A stretch of DNA of 64,000 nucleotides, taken from positions 12,152,001 to 12,216,000 of the forward strand of contig OX597815.1 of assembly GCA_951406725.2 (NCBI GenBank), read 5' to 3'. Both the position numbers and the translations under genes were made by a program. Positions 14,074 through 30,094 of this stretch are shown piece after piece. Below the pieces are notes generated by a model. It saw nothing but the letters and a program-made list of their open reading frames with translations. It made no database searches and had not been told where the DNA came from. How positions within the stretch are numbered: the first letter of the stretch is position 1; every line of letters begins with the position of its first letter. Source of the DNA: Octopus vulgaris. Its lineage: Eukaryota.

Positions 14074-14660
14074 CACTCACACACACGTATATACTTGTAT
14101 ACACAGGTAACGAATATCATTATAGATATACGATTCTAATTAAGACAGCTACCCAATGTTATAAAGACAGGAGCGTCTGTGTGGTAAATAGCTTGCTTAC
14201 CAACCACATGTTTCCGGGTTCATTCCCACTGCGTGGTACCGTGGGCTGGTGTCTTATACTATAGCCTCGGTCTGACCAAAGACTTGTGAGTAGATTTAGT
14301 CGACGGAAACTGAAAGAAGCCCGTCGTATATATGAATACACTCACACACACGTATATATTTGTATACACAGGTAACGAATATCATTATCGATATAGGATT
14401 CTAATTAAGACAGATAATCAATGTTATGAAGACAGGAGTGGCTGTGTGGTAACTAACTTGCTTACCCACCACATGGTTCCGGGTTCATTCCCACTGCGTG
14501 GCACGTTGGACACGTGTCTTCTACTATAGCCTCGGACAGACCAAAGACTTGTGAGTAGATTTGGTAGACGGAAACTGAAAGAAGCCCGTTGTATATATGT
14601 ATACACTCACACACACGTATATATTTGCATATACAGGTAACGAATATCATTATCGATACA
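14074..14660 (+). repeat. 265-bp tandem duplication (about 2.2 units), each unit containing the 5' half of SINE A
   Basis: CAGGTAACGAATATCATTAT recurs at 14104, 14369 and 14634. Confidence 0.9.
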
Positions 14661-15479
14661 CGTTTCCAATCAACCATTACAATTTATTCAATTAACTTTT
14701 CCTAGGTACATCATTATATTTCTAACATGAGCGACTTTTGATATTAATATATTTCTTTTATTCTAACTCAATTTTATTTTGTGTGGATATTGTATATTCT
14801 TCCTCTCTCTTCCCCCCTCTCTTTATCTATATCCATCTCTTGCTCCTTGTTATATAATCATACACGAACACATACACACATAAATATAGACATATACATA
14901 TACTTATACAGAGACGGCCATTGTCCAATTATTTCATGACATTTATAAGGAAAGGACTGAATTGGATTAAGGTAAACGGAGCTAAAAATATTACACAGTT
15001 ATTTTTAAACAAATATCGAAGAATCTGAAATCAAAAACCATCTGAGACATGAGACACCCGCATTGTCACAAAGTAACAATCATTTGAAAAGAAAGATAAA
15101 AGGAAAAATATTGCAGATAAACGTATATTTTTGATTTCAAGAGATGGATTTTTTCATGACTTGGTGATATGTAAAGCTTGATAATATGGAGGCTATGCGC
15201 AGCGAATCGAATATAACTGACAAAATTATACAAAACTACAAGCGGTGGTATGAAACAATCGAGTGAGTACCATAAAATTTTAGTAATATTTTAGTAATAT
15301 TTTAGTAAAATTTATAGAAAAGGAATAACAGAAATACACAGGACATCCTAAATATGAAGCTGAATCTTTACAAGGAATACATAACACAAGCAAAATATAT
15401 TTATTCTCGTAGTGAAAGGAGCTGAAACGACCAGCATTGTAATCTCGATGATTATAGAAACAGCGAATCCTAAAATTTA

Positions 15480-15672
15480 CACGTTAGCAAGCTGGGGAAA
15501 AGGTTCATCGGCATTTTGTACGTCATTATTTTCTGAGTTCAAATTTCGCTGAGGTTTACTTTGCTTTCATCATTTCAGAGTCGATAAAGTAGGTATCAGT
15601 CGAGAAGCGCAGTTGATCTAATCAAATTAAACCCTTCCTCGTAATTGTTGGCCTTGTGCCAACATTTGAAAC

Positions 15673-15675
<3 letters not shown>
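15480..15675 (+). mobile_element. Degenerate Meta-domain SINE (family M)
   Basis: GAGTTCAAATTTCGCTGAGGTTTACTTTGCTTTCATCATTTCAGAGTCGATAAA resembles the 55905 copy. Confidence 0.7.
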
Positions 15676-15711
<36 letters not shown>

Positions 15712-15909
15712 TACTACTACTACTACTACAATTATGATAGTGTGTGTTAATTTACTTAGCAGATATTTTATCTTGAGGTTTGGCGACAAAATGCTTTTAC
15801 AAATATCAAGACATACCTACATGCATACATACATACATACATACATAAATACATAAGTATGTGTGTATACATATCTATATAATTATATATATATATATAT
15901 ACATACACA

Positions 15910-16020
<111 letters not shown>

Positions 16021-16318
16021 GTTTAAATATTTGTTGTGCAAGATTTTGCTAAGTCGTATGTTGAAACAGATATTGTTATATTTTGTATAGAAAATGGCTG
16101 ACGGTTAGTAAGGAGAGACACAAATAAGAAAGAAGAAAACAAAGGACCACTGATGTGGTCACAGGAGTGTGACGAAAGAACTCTGGCATAAATAAGATTA
16201 AGATTAATGTAAAAAATAAATATCAATGAAGCAAAATAACACCAAATATATAGTGCCTGTGTTTTTTTTGGCTAAACTGGCAATATGACCATTCCGAAAT
16301 ATAACAATATATATATAT

Positions 16319-16418
<100 letters not shown>

Positions 16419-16765
16419 TGACCATCCATACATACATATATATGTGTTAGTGTGTGTGTGTGTGAAAGAGAGAGCGAGAGACATAGAGAAAGAGAGAGTG
16501 TAAGAGACTTTTGGCTGGAGAAACTTTGATGCACCAAGCCAATCCAATTCTTAGGAAATTCTATTTAGTTGAAGATTTCATTTTTCTGTTGTTCTATCTC
16601 TTTCGCTGTGTGGAGCTTAAATCTAGAAAGAGCCGAAACACGTAACAATATGATTGGGAATATTTTGTAAAACCTTATATATATGCTTCCGTTTAGCATG
16701 TATGGCTATAAAATATTTGGTGAAGTATATTAAAAGATATTGCATTGGGAATACTGGTGAAGAGC

Positions 16766-16804
<39 letters not shown>

Positions 16805-16964
16805 GGGGAGCTTCCAATCCATATATAAGGAAACAATCTGCCGGGAAAAGCAATATCGCGTTAGGTTTCGCGGTGAAATTGCGCAATGTATAAATTATGT
16901 TTCACTTTTAAAGTGGAATTGGATGAAATTTGAAGCTAAATTGAACTATGTATGCCTATGCCTA

Positions 16965-18200
<1,236 letters not shown>

Positions 18201-18479
18201 ATAATAAAATTTGTATAAAAACTTATTACGTCCTGCCAATGGGAAATTTAATATTTTGATATAGAATAATAAAAATTACATGTTTTTGTCTTTGCCTATT
18301 TATTCATCCACATTCACACATGCGTTTTGTGCGTGCCTATAAAACGGACAGAAAAAAATCATCACCAAGATAAATGACAGTAAGAGCAAACAGAAGAAGA
18401 AAAAGAAGAAGAAGAAGAAAAGATGAAGAAGAGGAAGAAGAACAACAACAATACCAACAATAATAATAATGATTAAATT

Positions 18480-19225
18480 ACGACGTGTGAACTATAGCAA
18501 GCAGAGCCCTTATATAGCCAATACTTATGGAAGCTGAAAAGACTGGAAACAGATGAATCAAATTCACAAAAACGGTTAAGAACTGCAGATTTCGAAGCAG
18601 AAACTGAAGATATCTTTAGAGCGCCACTGTACCAATTCCCACCCACCAGCTTCCAATAACAAATCAGAATACACTATGTAAGAATAGGATATGAGAAGAT
18701 GTGTAAGACACGAGTAACCTAATTTATTAGTAGGTAACCTGTTTTAGCCAAGTCTGCATCTATGACAATATTTTAAGACATTGGAGAAATGGCAATATTA
18801 TAAAATACCAAAGATAGTTTTGATGTTGCAGATGTACGTCAGAAATGTTCTCTGAGAATGTGAAAGCAATTATGACCTTGGTTAAGCCAATACACAAGTG
18901 GATAATAGCCGACAAGATATTCTTGCCAACTTTCTGACTGGAAGCAGTTTCAAAAGATGATAACGTTTCTCTACAATAGAATGAGAAATTATCTAAATAT
19001 ATAAATCTGCAAACGAAGATAACCCTAAAACGAATCCAGATAACAAAAAAAAAAAACAGTTAGAAAAAAAAAACAATGTCTATAAAAATAGGTGTTTAAG
19101 AATGACAAAAACAAGTAGAATTACGCACAAGCACACAAACGTTTTACAACAGTGCATAACATACAGGAACTAGCACTAGTAGTTACTAAACCTATTACGT
19201 ACGTAGGTTACTTCCACTATAGAAA
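18480..19225 (+). pseudogene. Heavily decayed R4/Dong-clade LINE 3' region
   Basis: Fragments LRTADFEAETED, DNSRQDIL (NRPDI-like), DDNVSLQ*NEKLSKYINLQ and NIQELAL are collinear with an RLE domain; preceded by (AAT)n. Confidence 0.55.
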
Positions 19226-19575
19226 TAACACAAATACCAAGCAATAATAACGGACAGTAACGTTGCATTAATTATGCGATCAGTTTATTTGTCGTATATA
19301 ACTGCCTCAATTATTTAACTCTGTACATGCAGTGCGAACAATACACGGGATATGTTCGTCAGTTTTATGTTTCTGAAGACATTTAAATATGTCTGTGTGT
19401 ATGCGTGTGTACGTATCTGTGCGTCTGCATGTGCATATTTTTACATACACACACAACTGCACGCACAAACAAGCAATATGTTATTATTTATTTAGAGACA
19501 GAGATATATTAGCAACTATATTCTCTCTCTCTCGCTAACAGTGTGTATATATATATATATATATTTGTATAAAAG

Positions 19576-19610
<35 letters not shown>

Positions 19611-19625
19611 TTGTATATAAGTATG

Positions 19626-19699
<74 letters not shown>

Positions 19700-20363
19700 T
19701 AATTTTGAAAATGTTTATGGTTATTACGCACATGCAAATATATAATACATTGCTTTAATAACATCTTAGCTAGCTATACACTCTCTTGACTATCCTGTCT
19801 CAAGTTGTTGACAGCACGTTAAAACATATTTACTGTTAGGAATCCATAAAACCACATTCTCTATTAAATGACATTCAAGTAATTTTATCAAAAATGAGAT
19901 TTACTCGCAGCATAATGCATAATTCTGTCTATAATGTGTTTTATAATTTCCATTCTATTCACAAAGCATTTTGTCCTAGCATTTCCTTTTCTTTCTCTCT
20001 GATATATACTCTCTTCATCTTTTTCAGAGTTTTCTGAAATTTTCCTATATATCTCTTCCGTATGTCTAATATTTACCCTCTATCTCTTTTTCTCTTCTAC
20101 CCCACGCCAATCTCACGTTTTTACTCTCTCACTCTTTCTCCATTTTGCCTTCCCTCTCTATCTCTCTCTCTCCTTATTTAATTTCATTTTCATGTGTATG
20201 TATGGAGAGAGTGGGCGAGAGGGAGGTATCGACAGAAAGAAATATCCACGTAAAACAATTTACAGATGTATATAATGTAATATCGCATGTTATATACACG
20301 CACACATACATACATCATTTATATACATACACATACCCACATACATATATATTTATATCTATA

Positions 20364-20404
<41 letters not shown>

Positions 20405-20413
20405 TGGATTAAC

Positions 20414-20475
<62 letters not shown>

Positions 20476-21589
20476 TAATCCAAACAATATATATATATAT
20501 ATATATGAATTTCCTTGTTTGAGATCTGTGCATTTCCATTTACTACCTCATTTACTATTATGTCGATACATAGACAATCCTATTCATTAGCTGAACTACA
20601 TAATTCTAATTCGTACAATATCACCAACACTCACTCTAACTTTATTAGTTTGCTCATTTCAATACTGTTATCATGTTCTCTTTTGTATTTGAGTTCATCT
20701 TTGCAATGATTCTCAACTTCTAGAGATACTGAAATTTTCTTTCCTCATATTGAACTAAATAATTCATTTTCTCATTTCGTTTATATTGGCAAAACTTGTA
20801 CAGACATGTCCAGGCTTTCACTATCAATTAGGGATTGTGGTGAGATATAATTAATTTGACTAAACCATCTTGTTTCCTAGTGTTAGCTAATTCCTAATTA
20901 TTGGATAAATATTGAAATAATATGCTTGCGATCGTCTCTAAGCAATGCTAATTAACAATGTTCAGTGAAGTTATTTTTGTACAAGATTGTATTTAAGCTA
21001 CATATATTATGATCCACAACCGTACTATTTTACAGCGAAGACAAACTTGGTCGTATTCTTTAAATTTATATATGTGTGTGTATGTATTTATCTGTGTGTA
21101 TGTTCGTATATGTCTGGCGAGTACATAGGTATATTAGTGCCCACGCATGTGTGCATCGCATTCATATTTTCTATGCATTCATATTTTCTACATGTCTATA
21201 CTGCATCGTTTTACATTAGCGCTCAGAATGTCGAGTACGGTTATGTTCAAAATCGTGCTGATATTCAAGTTGTGTGGGACGTCACTGTTTCTCTATCTGT
21301 GACCCTGAGATGGAATACCGCACCCTCTTACTGTGTTCGTAAACTCACATACTCTTCATCTTTCTTAGCATTTATCTTTGTTCAACGTTTTATATTGTTG
21401 TGTTTTTAGCCAAATACAACTTGCACAATCTCGAACCATTAAAGCATAATGGAAAAATCAGTGTTAGGATACTCGCACCAAAGTTTACTTTATCTAACAT
21501 ATTAGCAAAAATAATTGTTTACATTGCACCATTGTTTCAAACATAGCCTGTGTTAGCTCAATCAACTCTCAAATGAGTTCCGTATCAGT

Positions 21590-21795
21590 TTCAAATTTTG
21601 GCACATGGTCAGCAAGTTTAGAGAAAGGGGTACGTCAATTACATCGACCCTAGTATTCAACTACTATTTATTGTACAGACCCCGAAAGGATAAAAGGTAA
21701 TGTCCATCTCAGCGGAATTTTAACACAGAACGTGAAGACGGATAAAATGCCACTAAGCATTTTGCCCGGTTTGCTAGATTCTACATTCTTGCTGC
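21590..21795 (-). mobile_element. Degenerate SINE family M
   Basis: GACCCCGAAAGGATAAAAGG...GCGGAATTT...CTAAGCATTTTGCCCGG. Confidence 0.75.
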
Positions 21796-22999
21796 TTTAA
21801 TAAATTATTTGCAACCATCATGAGACAAGGAATACGAACCAAGCTGTAGCTACCCAAATGGGTGTCATTGTATATAAACTCTACTGTTGTTCACCCCACC
21901 CAAAGTAGAAGCCAATACATGACGCCGTTAGTCATTACTCAAAGCAACACCATTTAATATTTCGACAATTACAATTGTTTTGAAGGAATCTGTAGTTCTG
22001 CAACAAATTTTATATCTAATAAATATTAGGGAATAACTGGTAAGGTACTGTTACTGTTCAATATATATAAATATTCTTGTTGGCTTCATGGACATTTTAC
22101 TTGATCTCTTAGGTTGATTGACCAGATTTTCATATATTCTAATAATGGTGAGAGTTATTTTTATGGTTGGTGAACTAAAACTTGGGCTTTGATGTGGTTA
22201 CGGGCGTGCACCTGTATGTTTTTGTCTTCTTCTGAAATTTTGTCAAGAACAGAAGGATAACTCATGTATTTAACCAGATGAAAGTCGAATGTTGGAACAG
22301 CTTTAAGCGATTAACTCGCACATATAAATTAAATAGAAGCTTACGTTAGGTTAATCTTTGTATTCAGCAGTTGGTTGTTATCAGGTTAAAATGAAAGATT
22401 TGAAGATTCTTGTGATTTTCATTCTATTTACAGTGTTGGCATTGCATCCTCTTCAGATCACAGAAACCATTTGTCTTCGATTATTTATTATACAAACTGT
22501 GTAACTCAATGATCTAGTGTCAACTTTGCCTGTCATCATTTCGGGGTCTATAAGATAAGTAGTAGTTGAGTAATAGGATCAATGTAATCAACTTGTCCCT
22601 CAAAATTGCTATCCCTATGTCAAACTTTAAAAACCATAATCTAGCGTGCTTAGTTTTCGAACACGTCTAGTAGTATGGTGTCTACTTTGATATAAAATGC
22701 TAATTTTATTTGCAATGTAATTTACGTAAATGTTGGTGTGTATTGCAAGTTATCTTTGCTTTTAGGGTGCATTGCAAGAGTTCTGATTGACTATGCATTT
22801 TCATTGGTTCTGGCGTTTTGACCGCATTGTTTTTCGCATAGTGAGATTTCTAAAAAAGGTTTTATGTTGTCGCGAAGAAGTAATTTAATGCTTTACGCAC
22901 GTCATAAAAATCTTACTGAATGTGTTTATCATATTAGCCCAACAGATTCTATTATAGCTTGAAGATAGTATGTGATTCCATATACCAGACACGTGTATT

Positions 23000-23040
<41 letters not shown>

Positions 23041-23094
23041 GGATGATGATGATGATGATGATAATAAGGATGATGATGATGATGATGATAATGA

Positions 23095-23149
<55 letters not shown>

Positions 23150-24628
23150 AATAACTTCGTTAATTTAAATATCGATCTGATCAAGTGGCCAGCATGGGAA
23201 TAAAAACCTTTTAAGGAAATAATTATAATTATATATATATATCCAGCTTTTTAGGTTGAGGTTCAAAATCACCTAATGTCAATCAACTTTTCCTGTCATC
23301 GTTTGGGGTTGTTAAAATAAATAGTCAGTACAGCTCTGGGGTCACTGAAATTGACTAACCATATCCCCATATGATTGAAGGCCTTGGGCAAAAATTTTAA
23401 ACAAGTAGCATTACGACTGAGCATAGATTTACCGATTATTTAAACCATTGAAATAAGAAAGCATTATGAGAATGCCTAAGCAAAATTAATTATGAACGCA
23501 ACAAAATAAAGATTAGTCATTGGAATGTCACTGATATCCTAAGTGACAATTTTAAATTATTGTATCACACATTCATCTGTTCAACTGATAGATACGAAAT
23601 ACGTAATATATCCAGCCATTCACAAAATTTCATAGCTTGAGCAAGAATGATAATTACTTTAAATAAATGTTTTTTTTATGTTGTTTAATATTAGAATTTT
23701 TGTTTCATTGTACGCCCAAATTTCAGGTTATTTTACATCCCCTGTGTGATAAATAAATATATTTTACTACTAATAGAAGTCTCACTAGAGACTATTGCCA
23801 TGAGGGAAACATATCATACCTCCTCTGTGCTGCGTGAGCATACATCTGCTCTATTCTACGGTTGGATTTAATCGATGAGCTATATGCTTGTGAGTATTAT
23901 TGAAGATTGCATTTCACATGATGACCAGACGAAGACGATCAAGATTAACATTCCGTATAATATGGAACTTTCAATCTCTGGAATAGAATGTTGCATTTAG
24001 TCTTCAGAACATTTTCTTTAATGATACGCTTTTTCTGTGATTTGCTTTTGCATAACTTGAAGAGTATAACTAGAGCGACAACGTACTCTGAGTAAAAGCA
24101 GAATTGCATAACTAATGTGATATGACCTAAAAATATCCCAGATAAAAGTTTTCATCGAAAGCAAATAGGAATTTGAAATGTCTGATGAGTAATACAAGCG
24201 CCAGTGTGAGGAAATGTTTCTTCGTAAAATGTTTTCATGTTAAATTTTTACCTCTAAACTTTATCAGATGTCAATAACTATACGCAAATTTCACTGTGAA
24301 TAACAATTCAAAATTGAAAATTGTATTGATGTAATTATAGTATTCCGTTATAAGTATAATCCCCACGGCTATACAGAAGAATATTGTAAATTCGAAACGG
24401 TATGGAGTAAACACAGGAAATTCTTTAAAAAAACTTATAATATAGATTAATTTTGGTTCCTTTTTCAACTAAGAATAAAAAAATACATTATAAAAGATGA
24501 TATACTTGACAACCTTTTACCACTGTATCGCCAGAGTGTTCATACACACACACATATATATATATAAGGAGAGAGAGATATACACATATACACACATGCA
24601 TATATATATATGCAAGTATAAATGCATG

Positions 24629-24659
<31 letters not shown>

Positions 24660-25089
24660 GTGTATATATATATATATACATATATATATATACATATGGT
24701 TTTTTATATATATATATACATATAGAAATTGAGAGGCAGAGTAACTGTAAGAGAGAGTGAGGGGAGACAGTTGAAAAGTAAATGATATATGTGTGTGTAT
24801 TTTTGTGTGTATATACATATATCTTCATATTGTTAGCTTATAAGAAGAAATGTCCATAATTTTTACTATCCATTGTATTTATGTTGAAATGCAAAATTAT
24901 ATTCACGTGTAAATCTATAAAAAACACGCATTGAAATCGGTATTTCAATGCATTAATAATTATTTTTAGAAATATATCTGCTATCCACTTAACATCATAC
25001 AAGTTTGCATATCCACCTTTATTTGACAATATTCATACATACATCTGTCTGGCTGTATCTGCGTGCGTATGTATATAGATAAAGAAAGA

Positions 25090-25307
25090 AATCATTATTT
25101 ACATTATTTACATTTAACAGATATTTGTCCTCATCTTGTGTGCTGTTTCGGGGGATATAATAATAATGATGATAATAATAATGATAATAATAATAATAAT
25201 AATAATATTAATAATAATAATAATAATAATAATGATGATGATGATGATGATGATGATAATAAATAATAATAACAATAATAATAATAATGATGATGATGAT
25301 GATGATG

Positions 25308-25346
<39 letters not shown>

Positions 25347-25650
25347 TAATAATAATAATAATAATAATAATAGTAATTTTAATAATAATAAATGGCGGTG
25401 CCCCAGCATGGCCACAGCTCGTGAGCTGAAACTTGATAAAATAAAATAAAAGAAAAACAACAACATCTAAAAAATACCTAAGGAATGAGAATCTAGGTTT
25501 GAAATTTCCACTAGACACCTGTTGAAGGCTGGAAAATATATCAGCCGAAATGTTGTGTTAACCAGAAACGAAATGAGGACAAATATCCGTCAAATGTAAT
25601 TAATGTAAATAATGTACATAATTCCTCATCTCTCTATTATAGAACTGAGA
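25090..25650 (+). mobile_element. HHR element (family H3) with inverted end copy, enclosing (AAT)n and a SINE A tail
   Basis: 25095-25137 is the reverse complement of about 25570-25617; homologous copy at 37245-37385 (-). Confidence 0.7.
25515..25558 (+). ncRNA. Minimal type I HHR motif with core substitution
   Basis: ACAC-CTGTTGAA-GGCTG..CAGCC-GAAA-TGTT-GTGT; A6 changed to T. Confidence 0.6.
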
Positions 25651-25655
25651 TATAC

Positions 25656-25762
<107 letters not shown>

Positions 25763-26253
25763 TTGCCATCATTGATTTGAAATGTTTCAGACACGGTTAT
25801 ATTATTACTTTCAGCTGTCACTTGATTGATAAGGTTTAGCACAATGTGAAAATCTTCTACTTTCTTTATGTTGATAGCTATCAACATTTTGGGATCATCG
25901 GCGTATGCCTCATTATATGAGGATGAATATTAGTGACACTAGAACAGCTCCTTGAGATACTCCACTTATTGAAGCCGATTTGATAGAAATAAGACTTTGC
26001 CTACAAAATGTGAATTTCTTCTTATGTCGAAGTGTCATACTTTGAGTTTTCCAGTGAACCCTGTTTCTCTAAATGTGTGTGGGATAATCCCGTGAACAAT
26101 CTAGTTACAGGCTTCATTATTCAAAACGTATATAGATAGGAACGTTGGTAAAGATACAATGATGGTGTCGTAGTTATTTTGTGAGGCAACCACGTCCTTT
26201 AAGAGTAAAAGCTGTGAATATAAGAGATGTTCTTAGTTTTAAGATAGCTGTAT

Positions 26254-26627
26254 AGAGGGGACAAACAAGGACAGACAATGGGCTTAAGTCAATTACATCG
26301 ACCCCAGTGCTTAACTGGTACTTAATTTATCGACTCCGAAAGGATGAAAGGCAAAGTCGATCTCGGCGGAATTTGAACTCACAACGTAACGGTAGACGAA
26401 ATACCTATTTCTTTATTACCCACAAGGGGCTAAACACAGAGGGGACAAACAAGGACAGACATAGGTATTGAGTCGATTACATCGACTCCAGTGCGTAACT
26501 GGTACTTAATTTATCGACCCCGAAAGGATGAAAGGCAAAGTCGACCTCGGCGGAATTTGAACTCACAACGTAACGCAGACGAAATACCGTTAAGCATTTC
26601 GCCGGCGTGCTAACGATTCTGCCAGCT
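26254..26627 (-). mobile_element. Dimeric SINE family M
   Basis: Two tandem copies of reverse-complemented GCCTTTCATCCTTTCGGGGTCGATAAATTAAGTACCAG (Meta-domain-like) behind a tRNA-like head. Confidence 0.9.
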
Positions 26628-29008
26628 AAATATCTATATGCATGAAATGCTAGAGAAACAGATTTGTAGCATCTAGCCTAAATTCTACAGTCTTGCTTCC
26701 TTTTTCTAGGTAAGTGAGACTGCCGATTTTTTCAGAAGATCTGAGAATATAACATCGTTTTCGGATTTGTAGAATATCATCCTATTGCTATTTTTGTAGT
26801 TTAAAAGATGTGGCTGCAGGGGTGAAATTCAGGCCACTACCCAAAAGTGCATTGTTATTCTAGATATTTATAAACGCGAGTAGTGTCTCGAACTTGAATC
26901 CAGACACAACTGATTAAAGGTTGTGTAGGTGTAATTATTCTTTTGGAGACTATGGAATACGCAGCCACTTACATGCGAATTCAACAAGTTAGATTAGTTT
27001 ATCCAAAACCTGAAAGAGAGAGAGGGAGAGAGAGAGAGAGAGTAAGATAGAAAAAGAGATGAATGAATTTACTGCACACCAGTAAGCCCCTATCTCTCTT
27101 CAACCAAAATTTAACCTGAAAAGTTCGTCGTGTGTTCCTCACGGAATAAAATTTATTCATCTGTTCAACATTTGCACTAATTTTTGGCAGTTCAAAGAAA
27201 CCCTCTGTTTCAAGGACTCTACTCAATTACAAAGAAATTTCCCATTTTCCTTGGTTTGGACGATGTTTTCAGTTAGGAAATTGGTAAAGAAGAATCAATT
27301 GTTAGCGACTGTAATTTTCTGGCAGAGAAATTATTATTTCCTTTCTTAGAAAGAATTTAATCATGTGTGATGTATAAAGAAAGTAATTTAGCGAAATAGT
27401 GTATTTTATTCATTTTTAACGTATATATTTAACCTAGAAGATTACATCGTTACAAAGGAATTCGATAACAATATAAAATTATAAAGACTTTGCGTGTTTC
27501 GACATTTATACTATCAAAGATTGTATATATAATATAATTATATTTTAAATTGTAATAATTTCCCCACAATCTGTAGTGGCGTAAACATCAATCTCCACCG
27601 TAAATTACAATGTAAACATAAAACATAACAAATTTATATTTTACTGAGCTGTTTACATAGATGATGTTTAGTCCTTTGATAAACACCCTTTCTTATGCGC
27701 AGAGCAATATTCTATGCTGCACCGTATTTCTTACTCTATTTTGAAATCAATTACCAACAGACTACAATGCAACATTTTTGTTGCATAATTAAACTAAAAC
27801 GTTTGTATATTTTACTAGTTTTCATTGTGTGCCAATATATAGCTTAGTCTTTCATATCTTAAGATATATTTGACTGAACTGATTTATCGTGCTAATGGAT
27901 GGCCAGGCCCTGAACAGTTTTCGCGTGCGGTTATCTAATCAAATTCTTCATGTGTATACAGACATCGCTTCTTCGGCTCATTATACGTGAAGACCATTTA
28001 TCTAAAGGTACATCGACATCCAGTAAGACTATCGAGTATATGGTTGTACGTTAACCAAAGTTGTAATTTGGAAACAAATTCTTCCCCCGAAATAACCATA
28101 ATTCATGTTTGTTTTCAAACCGTATTTAGTGAGAAAACTAAGGTTATAATCTACGTAAAATTAGCTTACGCTGCTTTCTGCTAATGGACCCTATATTTTA
28201 AGACATTCCGCACCGAGAGTAATGAAAATCACAATCTCTACATTGAATGTTTATGCTTCATTTTGGCCTAAATTTATTTCTTAGAAGCCAATGGAATAAT
28301 CAGTTTTCGATATGTCAGATATACACGTGATTCATGCCAGTAATGAAACCAAATATCCAGCATTGCATTGTATTCGTCTAACATAATTTATTATTTGACC
28401 TTTGGTATTTTTCTTGTTATTTTTTCTTCTTCAGATATCAAAAAAGTAACGGTGCCATTAAACTTGGAAGGTTCCTATAAATTATATACGACTGGTTTGT
28501 TATGTGCACGTTACAAAATAATAATTATTAGACTTCTCCTATGTCAAAACATTTTCTTTTATGTAGTTGACCTCACTTCAAATGCAGTCTAATTTGTATG
28601 CAGAGAGGGCATTTATGTGCTGTCCCAAAGGAGAAAGGCCACAAATCATAAAATATTCGGACATAAACCTTTCTATATTAGTTTTTTATAGATCTTTTTC
28701 ATGTCATCGAATATATTGCTATATATTCTGTTACAAAATTCTCTTGCATAGCCTTCTTTGCCAAAATGGCGAAAATATCTTTAAAATGAGACATATTGAG
28801 AGAAGTCTGAATAAATCTTGTATATATTTATTTTTGTAATATGATAGCATATATATGAAAGCATATATAGCAAAAATGTTATAACCACCTGGAAAAATTG
28901 ATACCTGCAACGAAATAGCAGCTTCTGTTTATGTAATAATAATTACATAAAACTAGTAATTTACAGAACACAAACATACGCACACACATGCATATATATA
29001 TAAATATG

Positions 29009-29049
<41 letters not shown>

Positions 29050-29679
29050 GCATATATATATGTATATAAATATGCATATACCGATGCATATGCACATACA
29101 TATGCATCTAAATATATAATAAGAATATGCATATAATTATATAAAATATATGCGTAATATCTAAATATATATATACTCGGTAATTTGGCACGATCGTTTC
29201 ACGCTACATCATTTTATTAAACATTGTAAGTATTACAATAGTTTTAAAATGTTAAGCACTCATCACCTATTTATAGAGGTTTTCCATCAATACATATACT
29301 TAATTTCATGTTAATTGATAACATTATAAAGAGGGTAGATATAAAGACAGAGATGTTGATTTGAATGTTAAGAATATTAAGGTATTAGAATTTATCTTCT
29401 GACTAAAGAATTTTCTTTAAGTCATTTTGAACTGCTAGAAAGTGGGGAGGAATATTCTGTTGAATGGAGACAAAAGAGATTTTCTATTTATAGAAATAGG
29501 TAGGGGTGAAATAAATGTCAGTTATTCCTGAAGAAATTAAAGTGGAAGGGGGATTATATTATCTTAGAGCTGTATCCTACTATTTGGCGATCAAATTTTG
29601 TATCAAGAAAACTAGTTTTCTAAAATCAGACTTTGTATTAAGAAAACAAGAAAACGTGGCTGGGTGAGGAGGAATACGA

Positions 29680-30065
29680 GATCTCATTCGTCTGTTTGAA
29701 TTCGGAAGTACTGGTCGTTAGATGTATGTTGTCTGATGACGCCTGGTCAGATAAGTTTGTTTAATTTTTACAGTACACTCAAATTTAAAATCTTGAATTA
29801 CTGTACTGAAAAGGAGGATAATAGAGTGGAAATGTGAGTTTACATTTTTCACATCAAAATAACTCAGAAACATGTATACCGGTAATCAAGCCGGGTGGAT
29901 TCGTTATTTTTCTCTCTTGACTTGCGTGAGTTATTGAGTATTGCTGTCTGGGACATTTACTTATGGTAGTGAAATAGTTTTAAATCCTATTTCTAAATTT
30001 CGGTATGTGGTGAAGCAAATTTTTGCTGAATACTAATTATAATTACACTCATAATTATAAATTTT
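29680..30065 (+). mobile_element. Diverged relative of HHR family H1
   Basis: Collinear blocks AGATCTCATTCGT, AGTACTGG, TGAGTTATT, CTATTTCT, TTCGGT.TGTGGT.AAG shared with 1477-1815; HHR remnant at 29798-29885. Confidence 0.65.
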
Positions 30066-30094
30066 TTGCATATATATATATATATATATTATAT

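Noticed and set aside
14074-14660. CRISPR-like array
   Set aside because: Whole units repeat with no unique spacers; eukaryotic context
16817-16830. CArG (SRF) box
   Set aside because: Eight A/T bases between CC and GG, not six
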